A stretch of DNA of 64,000 nucleotides from contig JAQXJH010000106.1 of the NCBI GenBank assembly GCA_029008595.1, forward strand, positions 8,957 to 72,956, in the 5' to 3' direction. This stretch comes from Bacillota bacterium (GTDB lineage Bacteria; Bacillota; Clostridia; Oscillospirales; Acutalibacteraceae). Below the pieces are notes generated by a model. It did not search any database. It was not told the origin of the DNA and saw only the letters and a program-made list of their open reading frames with translations. Positions 20,265-29,435 of the stretch are shown here, one piece after another. Made by a program: the position numbers and the translations under genes. How positions within the stretch are numbered: the first letter of the stretch is position 1; every line of letters begins with the position of its first letter.

Positions 20265-21701
20265 ATGTCTGTTTCAACCGAAAATCAAACGCTCAGCGGA
20301 AGCTTTGCGCAGGATTCCCGTGCGCTGGACCGTGCGCTCCAGATCGGCAAAAGCTTTGATCTTGTCACGAAGCCGGTGGTCATCGGGGAACGCAAAGGAA
20401 AGTTTTATCTGGTGGACGGCTTTGCAAAGGACGACCTGCTGGAAAAGGTCATGCAGTTTTTGTTTTCCGTCAAACCGGAGGATCTTGCGCCGCTGAAAAG
20501 CGCACAGGACTTTGCCGACCGGTTCGTCCCCTACACCGAAACCGAAATCGTCTCTTCTGCCGGCGACGTGGTGACGCAGGTGCTCTCCGGAACGATCGCG
20601 CTGATTCTGGACGGTTTTGCCGGGGCAGTCATGATCGATGCGCGCACCTATCCTGCCCGCTCGGTGGGGGAACCGGACGACGACCGGGTTCTGCGCGGCG
20701 CCCACGACGGCTTTGTGGAGACCCTGGTGATGAACACCGCCCTGATCCGAAGGCGTCTGCGCGATCCGCGGCTGACGATGCACTATGTGCGGGCCACCGA
20801 CGTATCCCGCGCCGACGTGGTTCTCTGCTATCTTGACGGGGCGGCGGACGAACGAACGGTTCAGCAGCTGATCAAAAAAATCGAAGCGATCCGCGCCAAA
20901 ACGCTGACGATGGGGCAGGAAAGCCTCGCCGAAACGCTGATTCCCCGGCAATGGTTCAATCCGTTTCCGCGCATCCGGTACACCGAGCGGCCCGACACGG
21001 CAGCCGCCTGCGCTGCCGAAGGAAAGATCCTGATCCTTACGGACAACTCCCCTTCCGTGATGATCCTGCCGGTCACGCTGTTCGATTTTGTGCAGGACAC
21101 GAACGATTTTTATTTTCCGCCCGCCGTTGGCAGCTATCTTCGTCTGCTGCGGATCACCGTCTTTCTTCTGACGCTGTTTTTAACGCCGGTGTGGTTCCTT
21201 CTGGTGGAAAATCCGCAGTGGATCCCCGAATGGCTGGCGTTTATCCGGGTGGAGGAACCGAATACGGTTCCCATCGCCGCGCAGCTGCTGATCATTGAAT
21301 TCATGCTCGACGCGCTGAAAATCGCCTCGCTGAACACGCCGAGCGCGCTGAGCACATCGTTTTCCGTCGTCAGCGCGCTCATTCTCGGCGATTTTGCGAT
21401 CCAGGCCGGCTGGCTTGTGCCGGAGGTCGTGCTCTATATGGCCTTTGTGGCCACGGGGAATTTTACGCAGCCCAGCTTTGAGCTTGGCTACGCGTTTAAA
21501 TTTTCACGCGTCGTAATGATCGTTCTGACGGCGATTTTCAGCGTCTGGGGATTCTGCGCCGCGATCGCGCTGCTGCTGCTGACGATCGCCTGCACCCGTA
21601 CCGTGACCGGCGGCAGCTACCTTGCCCCGCTGATCCCCTTCAGCGCCGCGCGTTTTGCCAAAATCTTTTTCCGCGGACCGATCAGCCGCAAAAATACCTG
21701 A
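20265..21701 (+). CDS. GerA-family spore germination protein (A subunit / SpoVAF-like)
   Basis: Soluble N-terminal domain with EPDDDRVLRGAHDGFVETLVMNTALIRRRLRD, followed by five or six TM segments. Confidence 0.85.
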   Translation: MSVSTENQTLSGSFAQDSRALDRALQIGKSFDLVTKPVVIGERKGKFYLVDGFAKDDLLEKVMQFLFSVKPEDLAPLKSAQDFADRFVPYTETEIVSSAGDVVTQVLSGTIALILDGFAGAVMIDARTYPARSVGEPDDDRVLRGAHDGFVETLVMNTALIRRRLRDPRLTMHYVRATDVSRADVVLCYLDGAADERTVQQLIKKIEAIRAKTLTMGQESLAETLIPRQWFNPFPRIRYTERPDTAAACAAEGKILILTDNSPSVMILPVTLFDFVQDTNDFYFPPAVGSYLRLLRITVFLLTLFLTPVWFLLVENPQWIPEWLAFIRVEEPNTVPIAAQLLIIEFMLDALKIASLNTPSALSTSFSVVSALILGDFAIQAGWLVPEVVLYMAFVATGNFTQPSFELGYAFKFSRVVMIVLTAIFSVWGFCAAIALLLLTIACTRTVTGGSYLAPLIPFSAARFAKIFFRGPISRKNT

Positions 21702-21711
21702 AAGCACAAAA

Positions 21712-21751
21712 AGACCCGTCTGCAGCGCATCATGCTCCTGCAGGCGGGTCT
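21712..21751. terminator. Bidirectional terminator between convergent genes
   Basis: AGACCCGTCTGCAG ... CTGCAGGCGGGTCT hairpin. Confidence 0.7.
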
Positions 21752-21757
21752 GCCGCA

Positions 21758-22906
21758 TTATTCTGTTGTGACCGTCATCACGTTCTGAACGGAATTCAGC
21801 CATTCGCTCAGGGCTTTGTCCTGTTCCGCCTGCGAATCAAGCGGACGGATGCTGCCGTCCTTCATCAGCGCATAGCTGCCTTCCGAAAAGATCTGATCGA
21901 TCTCCTGCATCCCGCTGATCTTTTTATCCGAAGGAAATTCGCTGTTTGTGTCGAGATGGTACAGCGTTCCGTCCGCCGTAAGATACCAGCCCGTTCCGGG
22001 GAAGAGCCGGACCACATTGACCGGCTCCGAAGGCCAGGGGTATTGCTGCTCGGCCCTTCCGTACGGGTAATCGCTTTTCCGGGCGCGCGTCAGGGAGCCG
22101 TCTTCATGCAGCGCATAGACGATCATATTGTAGGACATCATCTGCACAATGTCCTGCCAGGAAGCCGCTTCGCTTCGTTCTTCTTCCGTTTTCAGCTGTT
22201 CGATCAGCTTTGCTTCCAGCGTTCCGCCTTCTGTGAGAATATCCAGACGGCTATCGGACGGATCGAGCGAGATCTGCATCGCGCCGCTGCGCTCCGGTTC
22301 TTCCCGGAAGCTCCACCGGACGCTGCCGTCCTTTTTCAGATAAAACGGGCCGAATTCCTGTCCGCAAGCGAGCGCGGCCACGTCTTCCTGTTCTTCGGCC
22401 GCGACCTTTCCCCAATCCTTTTCGGAAATTTCGGTTCCCGGGCCAGCCATGGGCGAAAATTCTGCTTTCAGCGCCGTCATGGAAGAATCCTCCCAAAGGA
22501 CGAGCACCTCATAAGTGAGCGGCGCAACGCAGAAGCTGATTGCCCCGCTCCTTTTCGTCAGCTCCTGCAGCGCTTTGGCATAATCGTTCAGCCCGTATTC
22601 GCCGATCAGCTTTCGTTCGATGAAATCCGGGTTCCAGTGAAGAACGCCGTCGGTATCAATATAACCGTACTGCGAAATTGTCTGCCGCATATATTCCGGG
22701 TGAAAAGCAAGCTGCTGCGCAGAAACCGCCTGAGAGGACACCGGAGACGAGGCGCCTTCTGAGGAAACGGACGCCGAAGACGTCCCCTGTGAGGAGGCAG
22801 GCGGCACCGGTACGGAAGACGCCGGCGCAGGCGAACACGAGGACAGCACCGCCGCTGTCAGGACACAAGCGAGGATCATGGAAAAGTACGACTTCATTTT
22901 TTTCAC
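21758..22906 (-). CDS. Hypothetical lipoprotein with Ser-rich linker and repeated DG(S/T)(L/V) blades
   Basis: Lipobox LSSCSP. Repeated motifs are DGVLHW, DGSVRW, DGSLTR, DGTLYH and DGSIRP. The start is GTG 22906 or ATG 22897. Confidence 0.7.
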   Translation of the reverse strand: MKKMKSYFSMILACVLTAAVLSSCSPAPASSVPVPPASSQGTSSASVSSEGASSPVSSQAVSAQQLAFHPEYMRQTISQYGYIDTDGVLHWNPDFIERKLIGEYGLNDYAKALQELTKRSGAISFCVAPLTYEVLVLWEDSSMTALKAEFSPMAGPGTEISEKDWGKVAAEEQEDVAALACGQEFGPFYLKKDGSVRWSFREEPERSGAMQISLDPSDSRLDILTEGGTLEAKLIEQLKTEEERSEAASWQDIVQMMSYNMIVYALHEDGSLTRARKSDYPYGRAEQQYPWPSEPVNVVRLFPGTGWYLTADGTLYHLDTNSEFPSDKKISGMQEIDQIFSEGSYALMKDGSIRPLDSQAEQDKALSEWLNSVQNVMTVTTE

Positions 22907-23075
22907 GCTTCTGTTTTCATCTGTTCCGGAAACCGACGATCCGATCGCCGTCGGCTATGCAGCGGTCATTGCGCAGCCGGCAAAGCGGGAAAAAACCTGA
23001 TGTCCTCCGGATTTTCCGGATCGTTCTTTTTCTGTGGTATTTTCCTCTGATGCTAATATACGGTTTCCTGTCTTA

Positions 23076-23106
23076 ATTATATATATATATATATATAATT
23101 TGTCAA
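23076..23106 (-). promoter_or_regulatory. Candidate promoter whose spacer is the (TA)10 tract
   Basis: Minus strand TTGACA (23106-23101) is followed either by a 19-nt spacer to TATAAT (23081-23076) or by a 17-nt spacer to TATATA. It points at the lipoprotein gene. Confidence 0.5.
23078..23097. repeat. (TA)10 dinucleotide microsatellite
   Basis: Ten uninterrupted TA units, flanked by AAT and ATT. Confidence 0.99.
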
Positions 23107-23231
23107 GCAACAGAGAAAAAAACAGTAATTTTGATGTCGGTTTTCCGTGTCTGCAGGAAGCACAGGTTTCGCAGCCCTGTTGGGGCGCTTTGGAAAGCAA
23201 TAAATCTGATCCGGTCACGGAAAAGAGCCGT

Positions 23232-24113
23232 TCATTCGTGCAGTTCGAGCGGCAGACCGTCGGGGTCGCGGAAAAAGGTGAATTTCCCGCCGGAAAATTC
23301 ATCCGTGCGCACCGGTTCCGTTTCAATTCCCCGGCGGTTCAGCTCCCTGACGGCGGCTTCGCAATCCTCCACCCGGAACGCCAGATGGCGCAGGCCGAGC
23401 GCCTCGGGATTCGAAACACGCGCGGGATGGCCCGGCGCAATAAAAATTTCAAGCTCGCCGTCGCCTGCACGCAGATCAAGCTTGCAGTCGCCGCGCTCCG
23501 GTCGTTTATTTTCGCGAATGACCGGCAGGCCGAGCTGCTGTACATAAAACCGGATCGCCGCGTCATAATCCGACGCCCAGATTGCGGCATGGTGAAACTG
23601 TGCAGCCGGAACAGAGAGCGGTTTTTCAAATGCCAGCCGCGGCGACCCATCGGCAAGACGAATTCTGCCGCAGGGCAGAAAACCGAATTTCTGCAGCGCG
23701 CGCTGCATCGGCCCGTTCTGTTCATGTGTATCCACGCGCAGACTCTGCACACCGAACAGCCTCGCAGCCGATTCGCACCGGGCGAACAGCTCACCGGCCA
23801 GCCCCTGTCCCTTGCGGCTCTGCTCCGTTACCACACGGTGCAGCACCGCATAGTCGCCGTCACAGCGCCACGCTCCGTCAATTTCCGCATAGCTCGGTTC
23901 GGGCAGAAAGCCCAGCGATGCATAACAGACGACGCGCCCCTGTTCCCGGAGCACGACTCCGCTTCCCGCCGCTATATCCTTTCTCACGCTCTCCTCATTC
24001 GGATAGCCGTTCTGCCATTGGTCAATGCCGTTTTCGGCAAACCAGCGCTGTGCCTGCGTGATCATGCGGGCAATCGCCGGTGCGTCCTGCGGCGCGGCTT
24101 TTTGAAACAACAT
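23232..24113 (-). CDS. Fusion protein: N-terminal GNAT acetyltransferase plus C-terminal VOC/glyoxalase-fold domain
   Basis: GNAT motif A region (VVTEQSRKGQGLAGELF). The second half, FHHAAIWASDYDAAIRFYV...LRHLAFRVED...FFRDPDGLPLELHE, is typical of the VOC family. Confidence 0.75.
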   Translation of the reverse strand: MLFQKAAPQDAPAIARMITQAQRWFAENGIDQWQNGYPNEESVRKDIAAGSGVVLREQGRVVCYASLGFLPEPSYAEIDGAWRCDGDYAVLHRVVTEQSRKGQGLAGELFARCESAARLFGVQSLRVDTHEQNGPMQRALQKFGFLPCGRIRLADGSPRLAFEKPLSVPAAQFHHAAIWASDYDAAIRFYVQQLGLPVIRENKRPERGDCKLDLRAGDGELEIFIAPGHPARVSNPEALGLRHLAFRVEDCEAAVRELNRRGIETEPVRTDEFSGGKFTFFRDPDGLPLELHE

Positions 24114-24207
24114 ATCATTTCTTCTCTTTCTACCTGGATTCTTTTCTGATCTCCGTCAATCTGTTCCGCTCGCCGGAACACGCAGGAATCCCACGCTTTC
24201 CGGCAGG

Positions 24208-24251
24208 CAAAAGCCGGTGCAGCCTGTTACAGGCCGCACCGGCTCGTTTTT
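24208..24251. terminator. Intrinsic terminator after proS
   Basis: GCCGGTGCAGCCTG ttac CAGGCCGCACCGGC with flanking T/A runs. Confidence 0.75.
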
Positions 24252-24285
24252 GAATCAATTTCCTCTTCCGCCGGTCAGCGCGCGA

Positions 24286-25722
24286 TCAGTACGCCTTGCC
24301 CCAATAGACCATCGCTTTGGCTTCTTTGCCGCAGCAGACACAGTGGCCATCGAGATGCTCCTGTTCAAACGGCATGCAGCGGGAGGAAAGACCTGCTTCT
24401 TCCTTGATCTTTTCCTCACAGGCGAGGTCTCCGCACCACATCGCCTTGATAAAGCCGGGCTTTTCGTCGGCGATCTGCTTCATTTCTTCAAACGAAACAG
24501 CGGTGTAGGTCATCTGCTCGCGGCGGGCCAGCGCTTTTTCATACATGCCGTCGTGAACGGCCTTGAGCAGCTCCGGCACTCTGGTTTCCAGCTCGTCGAG
24601 CGAAACAAAGATTTTTTCGCGGTTGTCGCGGCGGACAAGCACGCACTGATTTTTTTCGATATCCTTCGGGCCGATCTCCAGACGCAGCGGAACGCCCTTC
24701 ATTTCATACTGGGCAAATTTCCAGCCGGGGCTCTGTTCGCTTTCATCGGTTTTGGCGCGGCAGAATTTCTGCAGACGGGCAAGCACCTCGCGCGATTTTT
24801 CAAGCACGCCTTCCTTGTGCATTGCGACCGGGATCACCATCACCTGAATCGGTGCGATCGCAGGCGGCAGAACGAGGCCGTTGTCATCGCCGTGGGTCAT
24901 GATGATGCCGCCGATGATGCGGGTGGACATTCCCCACGAGGTCTGGTGCGGATAGCTGAGCTTGTTTTCACGGTCGGTGAACTGGATCCCGAACGCACGG
25001 GCAAAGCCGTCGCCGAAATAATGGCTCGTGCCGGACTGCAGCGCTTTTCCGTCGTGCATCAGCGCTTCGATCGTATAAGTCGCTTCTGCGCCCGCAAATT
25101 TTTCCTTATCGGTCTTGCGTCCGCGGATCACGGGGATCGCCAGCTGCTGCTCGCAGAAATCGGCGTAAACATTGAGCATCTGCTCTGTTTCGGCGCGCGC
25201 CTCCTCGGCAGTTTCGTGCATCGTGTGGCCCTCCTGCCAGTGGAATTCCACGCTGCGCAGGAACGGCCGCGTTGTTTTCTCCCAGCGAACCACCGAGCAC
25301 CACTGATTGTAGAGCTTCGGCAGATCGCGCCAGGAATGGATCACACGCGCATAATGATCGCAGAAAAGCGTTTCCGAAGTCGGGCGCACGCAAAGGCGCT
25401 CGCTGAGCTTTTCGCCGCCGCCCATCGTGACCCATGCCACCTCCGGCGCAAAGCCTTCCACATGATCCTTTTCCTTCTGGAGCAGGCTTTCCGGAATAAA
25501 CATCGGCATCGAAACGTTTTCGTGCCCAAGCTCCTTGAATTTTTTATCGAGAATATCGCGGATATTCTCCCAGATCGCATAGCCGTACGGCTCGATCACC
25601 ATACAGCCGCGCACACCGGAATAATCGCACAATTCCGCTTTTTTGACGATATCGGTATACCACTGCGCAAAATCCTGATCCATCGGCGTAATGGCTTCCA
25701 CCATTTTTTTCTGTTCTGCCAT
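24286..25722 (-). CDS. proS: Proline--tRNA ligase, archaeal/eukaryote-like type without INS editing domain
   Basis: About 478 aa from [13 protein letters not shown]. Class II motifs are present. C-terminal Cys cluster and a terminal ...YWGKAY. Confidence 0.9.
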   Translation of the reverse strand: MAEQKKMVEAITPMDQDFAQWYTDIVKKAELCDYSGVRGCMVIEPYGYAIWENIRDILDKKFKELGHENVSMPMFIPESLLQKEKDHVEGFAPEVAWVTMGGGEKLSERLCVRPTSETLFCDHYARVIHSWRDLPKLYNQWCSVVRWEKTTRPFLRSVEFHWQEGHTMHETAEEARAETEQMLNVYADFCEQQLAIPVIRGRKTDKEKFAGAEATYTIEALMHDGKALQSGTSHYFGDGFARAFGIQFTDRENKLSYPHQTSWGMSTRIIGGIIMTHGDDNGLVLPPAIAPIQVMVIPVAMHKEGVLEKSREVLARLQKFCRAKTDESEQSPGWKFAQYEMKGVPLRLEIGPKDIEKNQCVLVRRDNREKIFVSLDELETRVPELLKAVHDGMYEKALARREQMTYTAVSFEEMKQIADEKPGFIKAMWCGDLACEEKIKEEAGLSSRCMPFEQEHLDGHCVCCGKEAKAMVYWGKAY

Positions 25723-25785
25723 TCTGAAATTCTTTCCTTTCGCGGACAAGCATAATCCCTCAAAGCTTACGTTCAAGAGCGTCCT

Positions 25786-25989
25786 TTAATTCTTTTTTGC
25801 TTCTTCCTTCTCTTTTCTGGCTTCCTTTTCGGTCGTCTTATTGAGCAGCAGGATCACCAGATAAATCAGCACCATGACAACAAAGATGCCGGCCATTCCG
25901 TACAGCATGAGCTTCAGCGCCTGCATCAGCGTTGCATCGTTCACCGCGCCGAGCGCACTTTGAAACAAATCCTTTGCAAATCGCAGCAT
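25786..25989 (-). CDS. OadG-family decarboxylase gamma subunit
   Basis: 67 aa with a single TM plus a Lys/Glu-rich tail. GGGAGG RBS. Immediately downstream of the beta subunit gene. Confidence 0.7.
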   Translation of the reverse strand: MLRFAKDLFQSALGAVNDATLMQALKLMLYGMAGIFVVMVLIYLVILLLNKTTEKEARKEKEEAKKN

Positions 25990-26007
25990 TTTCTGTTCCT
26001 CCCTTTC

Positions 26008-27177
26008 TTACGCTCCGAGCAGTCTGAGCATATCCGGCACAAGCGCCAGAATAATTCCGCCTGCAATCACCGAGCCGATCTGACCGGCGACGTTCGCGCC
26101 GACAGCATGCATCAGCAGATGGTTCTGTTTGTCTTCTTTCAGAGCCATTTTCTGAATGACGCGCGCCGACATCGGGAACGCGGAAATTCCTGCGCCGCCG
26201 ACCATCGGGTTGATTTTTTTGCCCTTCGGCAGGAAGAGGTTGAGCAGCTTTGCAAACATCACGCCGCCCATGGTATCGATCACAAACGCGACCAGCCCGA
26301 GCGCCATGATCAGCAGCGTTTCCCACCGCACGAACTGCTCCGCCTTCATGCTGGCCGAAATGGTGATCCCGAGGAAGATCGTGATCAGGTTGGCAAGCGG
26401 GCCCTGCGCGGTCTGCGAAAGGCTTTCCAGCTTACCGCATTCCCGGATCAGGTTGCCGAACATCAGAAATCCGACAAGCGCGACCGACGCCGGCGCGATC
26501 AGCCCGGCGATCAGCGTGACGATGATCGGGAACAGGATGCGCGTGGTGCGCGAGACCGACTGCGGATTGTACGGCATCCGGATGCTGCGCTCCTTCTTCG
26601 TTGTGACCGCTTTGATCGCCAGCGGCTGAATGATCGGCACCAGCGCCATATACGAATATGCCGCAACGGCGATCGCGCCGATATAATTGCTCTTGAGCAC
26701 CTGAGAAACCAGAATGGAGGTCGGGCCGTCCGCCGCACCGATGATGCCGATGGAGGCGGCATCCTTGAGCGGGAACCCGAGCAGCACAGCCATCAGCACC
26801 GTAAAGAAGATGCCAAACTGGGCCGCGCCGCCGAACAGCAGCATTTTCGGATTGGAAAGTAGCGGGCCGAAATCGATCATTGCGCCGATGCCGACAAACA
26901 GCAGCAGCGGGAACGCCTCCGACGCTTTGATCCCGATATCGAACAGCCATTGCAGGATGCCGGCCGCTTCTTCGCCGCCGACCACCTGATCCAATACTCC
27001 GGAAAACGGAATATTGACCAGAATGGCGCCGAAGCCCATCGGCAGCAGCAGCGCAGGTTCAAAGTCCTTTTTGATAGCCAGCCAGATCAGCAGACCGCCG
27101 ATGACCCACATCAGGATCATTTTCCAGCCGTCGGCGCTGCTGAACAGCGCCTTGATTCCGTCAAGCAAAAAGTCCAA
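26008..27177 (-). CDS. Sodium ion-translocating decarboxylase beta subunit (OadB/GcdB/MmdB family)
   Basis: 389-aa polytopic protein with the typical family N-terminus (DGWKMILMWVIGGLLIWLAIKKDFEPALLLPMGFG). TTG start 9 nt after AAGGAG. Confidence 0.85.
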   Translation of the reverse strand: MDFLLDGIKALFSSADGWKMILMWVIGGLLIWLAIKKDFEPALLLPMGFGAILVNIPFSGVLDQVVGGEEAAGILQWLFDIGIKASEAFPLLLFVGIGAMIDFGPLLSNPKMLLFGGAAQFGIFFTVLMAVLLGFPLKDAASIGIIGAADGPTSILVSQVLKSNYIGAIAVAAYSYMALVPIIQPLAIKAVTTKKERSIRMPYNPQSVSRTTRILFPIIVTLIAGLIAPASVALVGFLMFGNLIRECGKLESLSQTAQGPLANLITIFLGITISASMKAEQFVRWETLLIMALGLVAFVIDTMGGVMFAKLLNLFLPKGKKINPMVGGAGISAFPMSARVIQKMALKEDKQNHLLMHAVGANVAGQIGSVIAGGIILALVPDMLRLLGA

Positions 27178-27268
27178 TTTTGACAGCTCCTTAATTTAAA
27201 ATTGAATCCGGGTCTATTTTACCACAGATCCGGCAAAAAAGCAAAACAGCCCCTTAAAACGATCCATT

Positions 27269-27300
27269 GAAAAAAATCCGCGGTGCGGCGCACTGCGGAT
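27269..27300 (-). terminator. Intrinsic terminator after acpP
   Basis: Minus strand ATCCGCAGTGCG...CGCACCGCGGAT hairpin followed by TTTTTTT. Confidence 0.75.
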
Positions 27301-27337
27301 CTGATAAAACAGGGGCTCCGGTCGTTTTTCAGGGATC

Positions 27338-27565
27338 TTACTGATTGCTTTCAATGTAGGCAACCAGCTCGCCGACCGTTTTAATATTTTCGATTTCATC
27401 ATCGGGCACTTCAATCTCAAACTCGTCCTCGATCGACATCAGCAGATCAACAACATCCAAAGAATCTGCGCCCAGATCATCGGCAATTTTGGTATCGTAA
27501 GTGATGGTATCCTCTTCAACGTCGAATTGCTCCGCGAGGATGGCTTTTACCTTCTCAAACACCAT
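27338..27565 (-). CDS. acpP: Acyl carrier protein
   Basis: 75 aa, with LGADSLDVVDL phosphopantetheine attachment motif. Confidence 0.9.
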   Translation of the reverse strand: MVFEKVKAILAEQFDVEEDTITYDTKIADDLGADSLDVVDLLMSIEDEFEIEVPDDEIENIKTVGELVAYIESNQ

Positions 27566-27671
27566 GATTTCTTTCCCTCCTTACGTGAATGTCGGCCTTC
27601 CGGAACAGAATGAATGGACAACGGACGTTCGTTGTGCTACAATTCTTTCTATCGGTCGGTACTCTATCAAA

Positions 27672-27700
27672 ATATTATTAGTATTTGCTGCCTTTGTCAA
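27672..27700 (-). promoter_or_regulatory. Sigma-A type promoter of acpP
   Basis: Minus strand TTGACA (27700-27695), 17-nt spacer, TAATAT (27677-27672). Confidence 0.55.
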
Positions 27701-27857
27701 TACGCTTTTGAAAAAAAAATTCCGGATGCGAATTCTTTTTTCCGCTCTGCGGCGCAAACCGTATCCTGCAGCCGCGCGCTGCGGCGGATGTCTGCGCAAA
27801 GGCAGCCGCGGCGCCGGCCCGACTTCTGACCTCCGTCTGCAGAAAGGAATGATCCCG

Positions 27858-28715
27858 ATGACCACTGCCCGTTTTGCCGTTGTCGGCCACCCGATCGGCC
27901 ACACGATGTCCCCTTTTATCCATCTTCGCCTGTTTGCGCTTGCCGGAATCCGGGCGGAATATGAAGTGTTCGATATTCCGCCCGAAAATCTTCTGTATGA
28001 AGCCGAGCACTCTCTGGCGGCGCTGGACGGCTACAATCTGACGATTCCCCATAAGTCCGTCATTATTCCCGCTCTGGCAAAAATGAGCGAGAAAGCGTCG
28101 CTTTACCGCTCGGTGAACACCGTCCGCAACGGCAGCGAGCGCTGCGGCTGGACGACCGATCCTTTTGGGTTCCTGCAGGCGCTGCGGGCGGAAGGGATTC
28201 CCCTGGCGGGCAGCGTAACGGTTCTTGGCAGCGGCGGCGTTGCCCGCGTTTTTGTGTTTGAAGCCGTCCTCGCCGGTGCTTCCGTCACCATTGCCGTGCG
28301 CGATCAGGGGCTGGAACGGGCGGCTGCGCTCTGCAGCGCGGCGAAGGCCCTTGTGCCGGACGCCAAAGTTACGGTATGTACCTTTTCACAGCTTGCCGCA
28401 GACAACCGCCCGATCGACCTTCTGGTAAACGCAACGCCGGTGGGCATGTTCCCCAACACCGGCTGCTCCCCTGTGGACGAAAGCGTTCTGCGCCGGTCTG
28501 CCGCCGTTTATGACGCCGTTTACAACCCTGCGGAAACCGCGCTGATGGCTGCCGCGCGCGCAAACGGTTCCCGGGTGCTCGGCGGAATGTCGATGCTGGT
28601 GTATCAGGCAGTGGAGTCACACCGCATCTGGCACGGCTCGCAGTATGAAAAGGCTGCTGTAGACGAACTGATCCGCGACGCTCTGCAGGAAATGCAGCGC
28701 AAGTTCAGCGAATAA
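27858..28715 (+). CDS. aroE: Shikimate dehydrogenase
   Basis: FAVVGHPIGHTMSPFIH and NLTIPHK motifs. The start was trimmed to MTTARF (ATG 27849 is also possible). Confidence 0.9.
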   Translation: MTTARFAVVGHPIGHTMSPFIHLRLFALAGIRAEYEVFDIPPENLLYEAEHSLAALDGYNLTIPHKSVIIPALAKMSEKASLYRSVNTVRNGSERCGWTTDPFGFLQALRAEGIPLAGSVTVLGSGGVARVFVFEAVLAGASVTIAVRDQGLERAAALCSAAKALVPDAKVTVCTFSQLAADNRPIDLLVNATPVGMFPNTGCSPVDESVLRRSAAVYDAVYNPAETALMAAARANGSRVLGGMSMLVYQAVESHRIWHGSQYEKAAVDELIRDALQEMQRKFSE

Positions 28716-28740
28716 TCTCATATAGAGAGGAAGTCTTTGG

Positions 28741-29295
28741 ATGATGACAGACCGTGCAATCATTCTCTGCGGCTTTATGGGTTGCGGAAAAAACACCGTC
28801 GGCACAGTGCTGGCGCGGCAGCTGAACCGTGAATTTCTTGATACGGACCGCGTGATCGAACAGCAGGCGGGCATGTCGGTCTCCGAAATTTTTGCATCGC
28901 GCGGCGAGCCGGAATTCCGTGCAATGGAACGGGATGTCTGCCGCCGGCTGGCGCAGAAAAAGGACTGTGTTGTTGCGACCGGCGGCGGCGCGCTCACCTT
29001 TCCCGAAAACGCGCGTGCCTTCCGGGAGGCTGGCTGTCCCGTCGTTCTGCTGGACGTTCCGCTCCGTGTGATCCTGCAGCGGCTGCAGAACGATACCACA
29101 CGCCCCCTGCTGCAGCAGCCCGACAAGGAACAGGCGGCACGGCAGCTTTTTGACCGGCGCCTTCCCGTTTACCGCGCGGCCGCTACTCTGACGGTCGACG
29201 GCAACCGGTCTCCTGCTCAAACCGCGCGGGAGATCGTGCAGCGGCTGGAATCTTCCGGCGCCGCAGCACAGGAGATCCCTGAAATAAGATTCTGA
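28741..29295 (+). CDS. aroK: Shikimate kinase
   Basis: P-loop GFMGCGKNTVG and DTD motif, about 180 aa. Confidence 0.9.
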   Translation: MMTDRAIILCGFMGCGKNTVGTVLARQLNREFLDTDRVIEQQAGMSVSEIFASRGEPEFRAMERDVCRRLAQKKDCVVATGGGALTFPENARAFREAGCPVVLLDVPLRVILQRLQNDTTRPLLQQPDKEQAARQLFDRRLPVYRAAATLTVDGNRSPAQTAREIVQRLESSGAAAQEIPEIRF

Positions 29296-29375
29296 CCGAT
29301 CTGCCCAAACCGTTCTTTTCTGCGTCCCGCTTTTCGGTCAAAATGCTTTTTTTCGCATTAAACATTCTTTTTTTA

Positions 29376-29405
29376 TTGACAACTGCCGTTTTTCAGGATT
29401 ATGAT
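29376..29405 (+). promoter_or_regulatory. Sigma-A type promoter of the aroF operon leader
   Basis: TTGACA (29376-29381), 18-nt spacer, TATGAT (29400-29405). Confidence 0.6.
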
Positions 29406-29435
29406 ACAAGGGAAGAATTTTTCGGAGGTAAAACC

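Noticed and set aside
24217-25755. 512-aa plus-strand ORF
   Set aside because: It is antisense to proS. The same reasoning applies to the other long antisense ORFs, for example 9573-11039, 12592-13773, 13924-14955, 37412-38584, 42693-44210, 53571-55253 and 62263-63654.
25723-25785. Expected T-box leader upstream of proS
   Set aside because: Only 63 nt separate proS from the upstream oadG stop. That leaves no room for a roughly 200-nt T-box, and no T-box conserved sequence is visible.
25786-27565. acpP plus oadB/oadG as a malonate-decarboxylase-type (Mad) system with its own ACP
   Set aside because: The ACP has the canonical DSLD phosphopantetheine motif of fatty-acid AcpP rather than a MdcC/MadE-type carrier. 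It is followed by its own strong terminator. No Mad carboxyltransferase or triphosphoribosyl-dephospho-CoA genes are nearby.
27700-27857. Possible second leader peptide or riboswitch upstream of aroE
   Set aside because: The in-frame ATG at about 27720 lacks an RBS and would merely add an Arg/Gly-rich extension to AroE. The GC-rich stretch shows no motif that I recognise and no terminator, so no call was made.
29343-29435. Upstream part of the 68-aa ORF 29343-29549, treated as a longer protein
   Set aside because: The first 31 codons overlap the TTGACA/TATGAT promoter and would lie upstream of the likely transcription start. Only the internal ATG 29436 has a GGAGG RBS.
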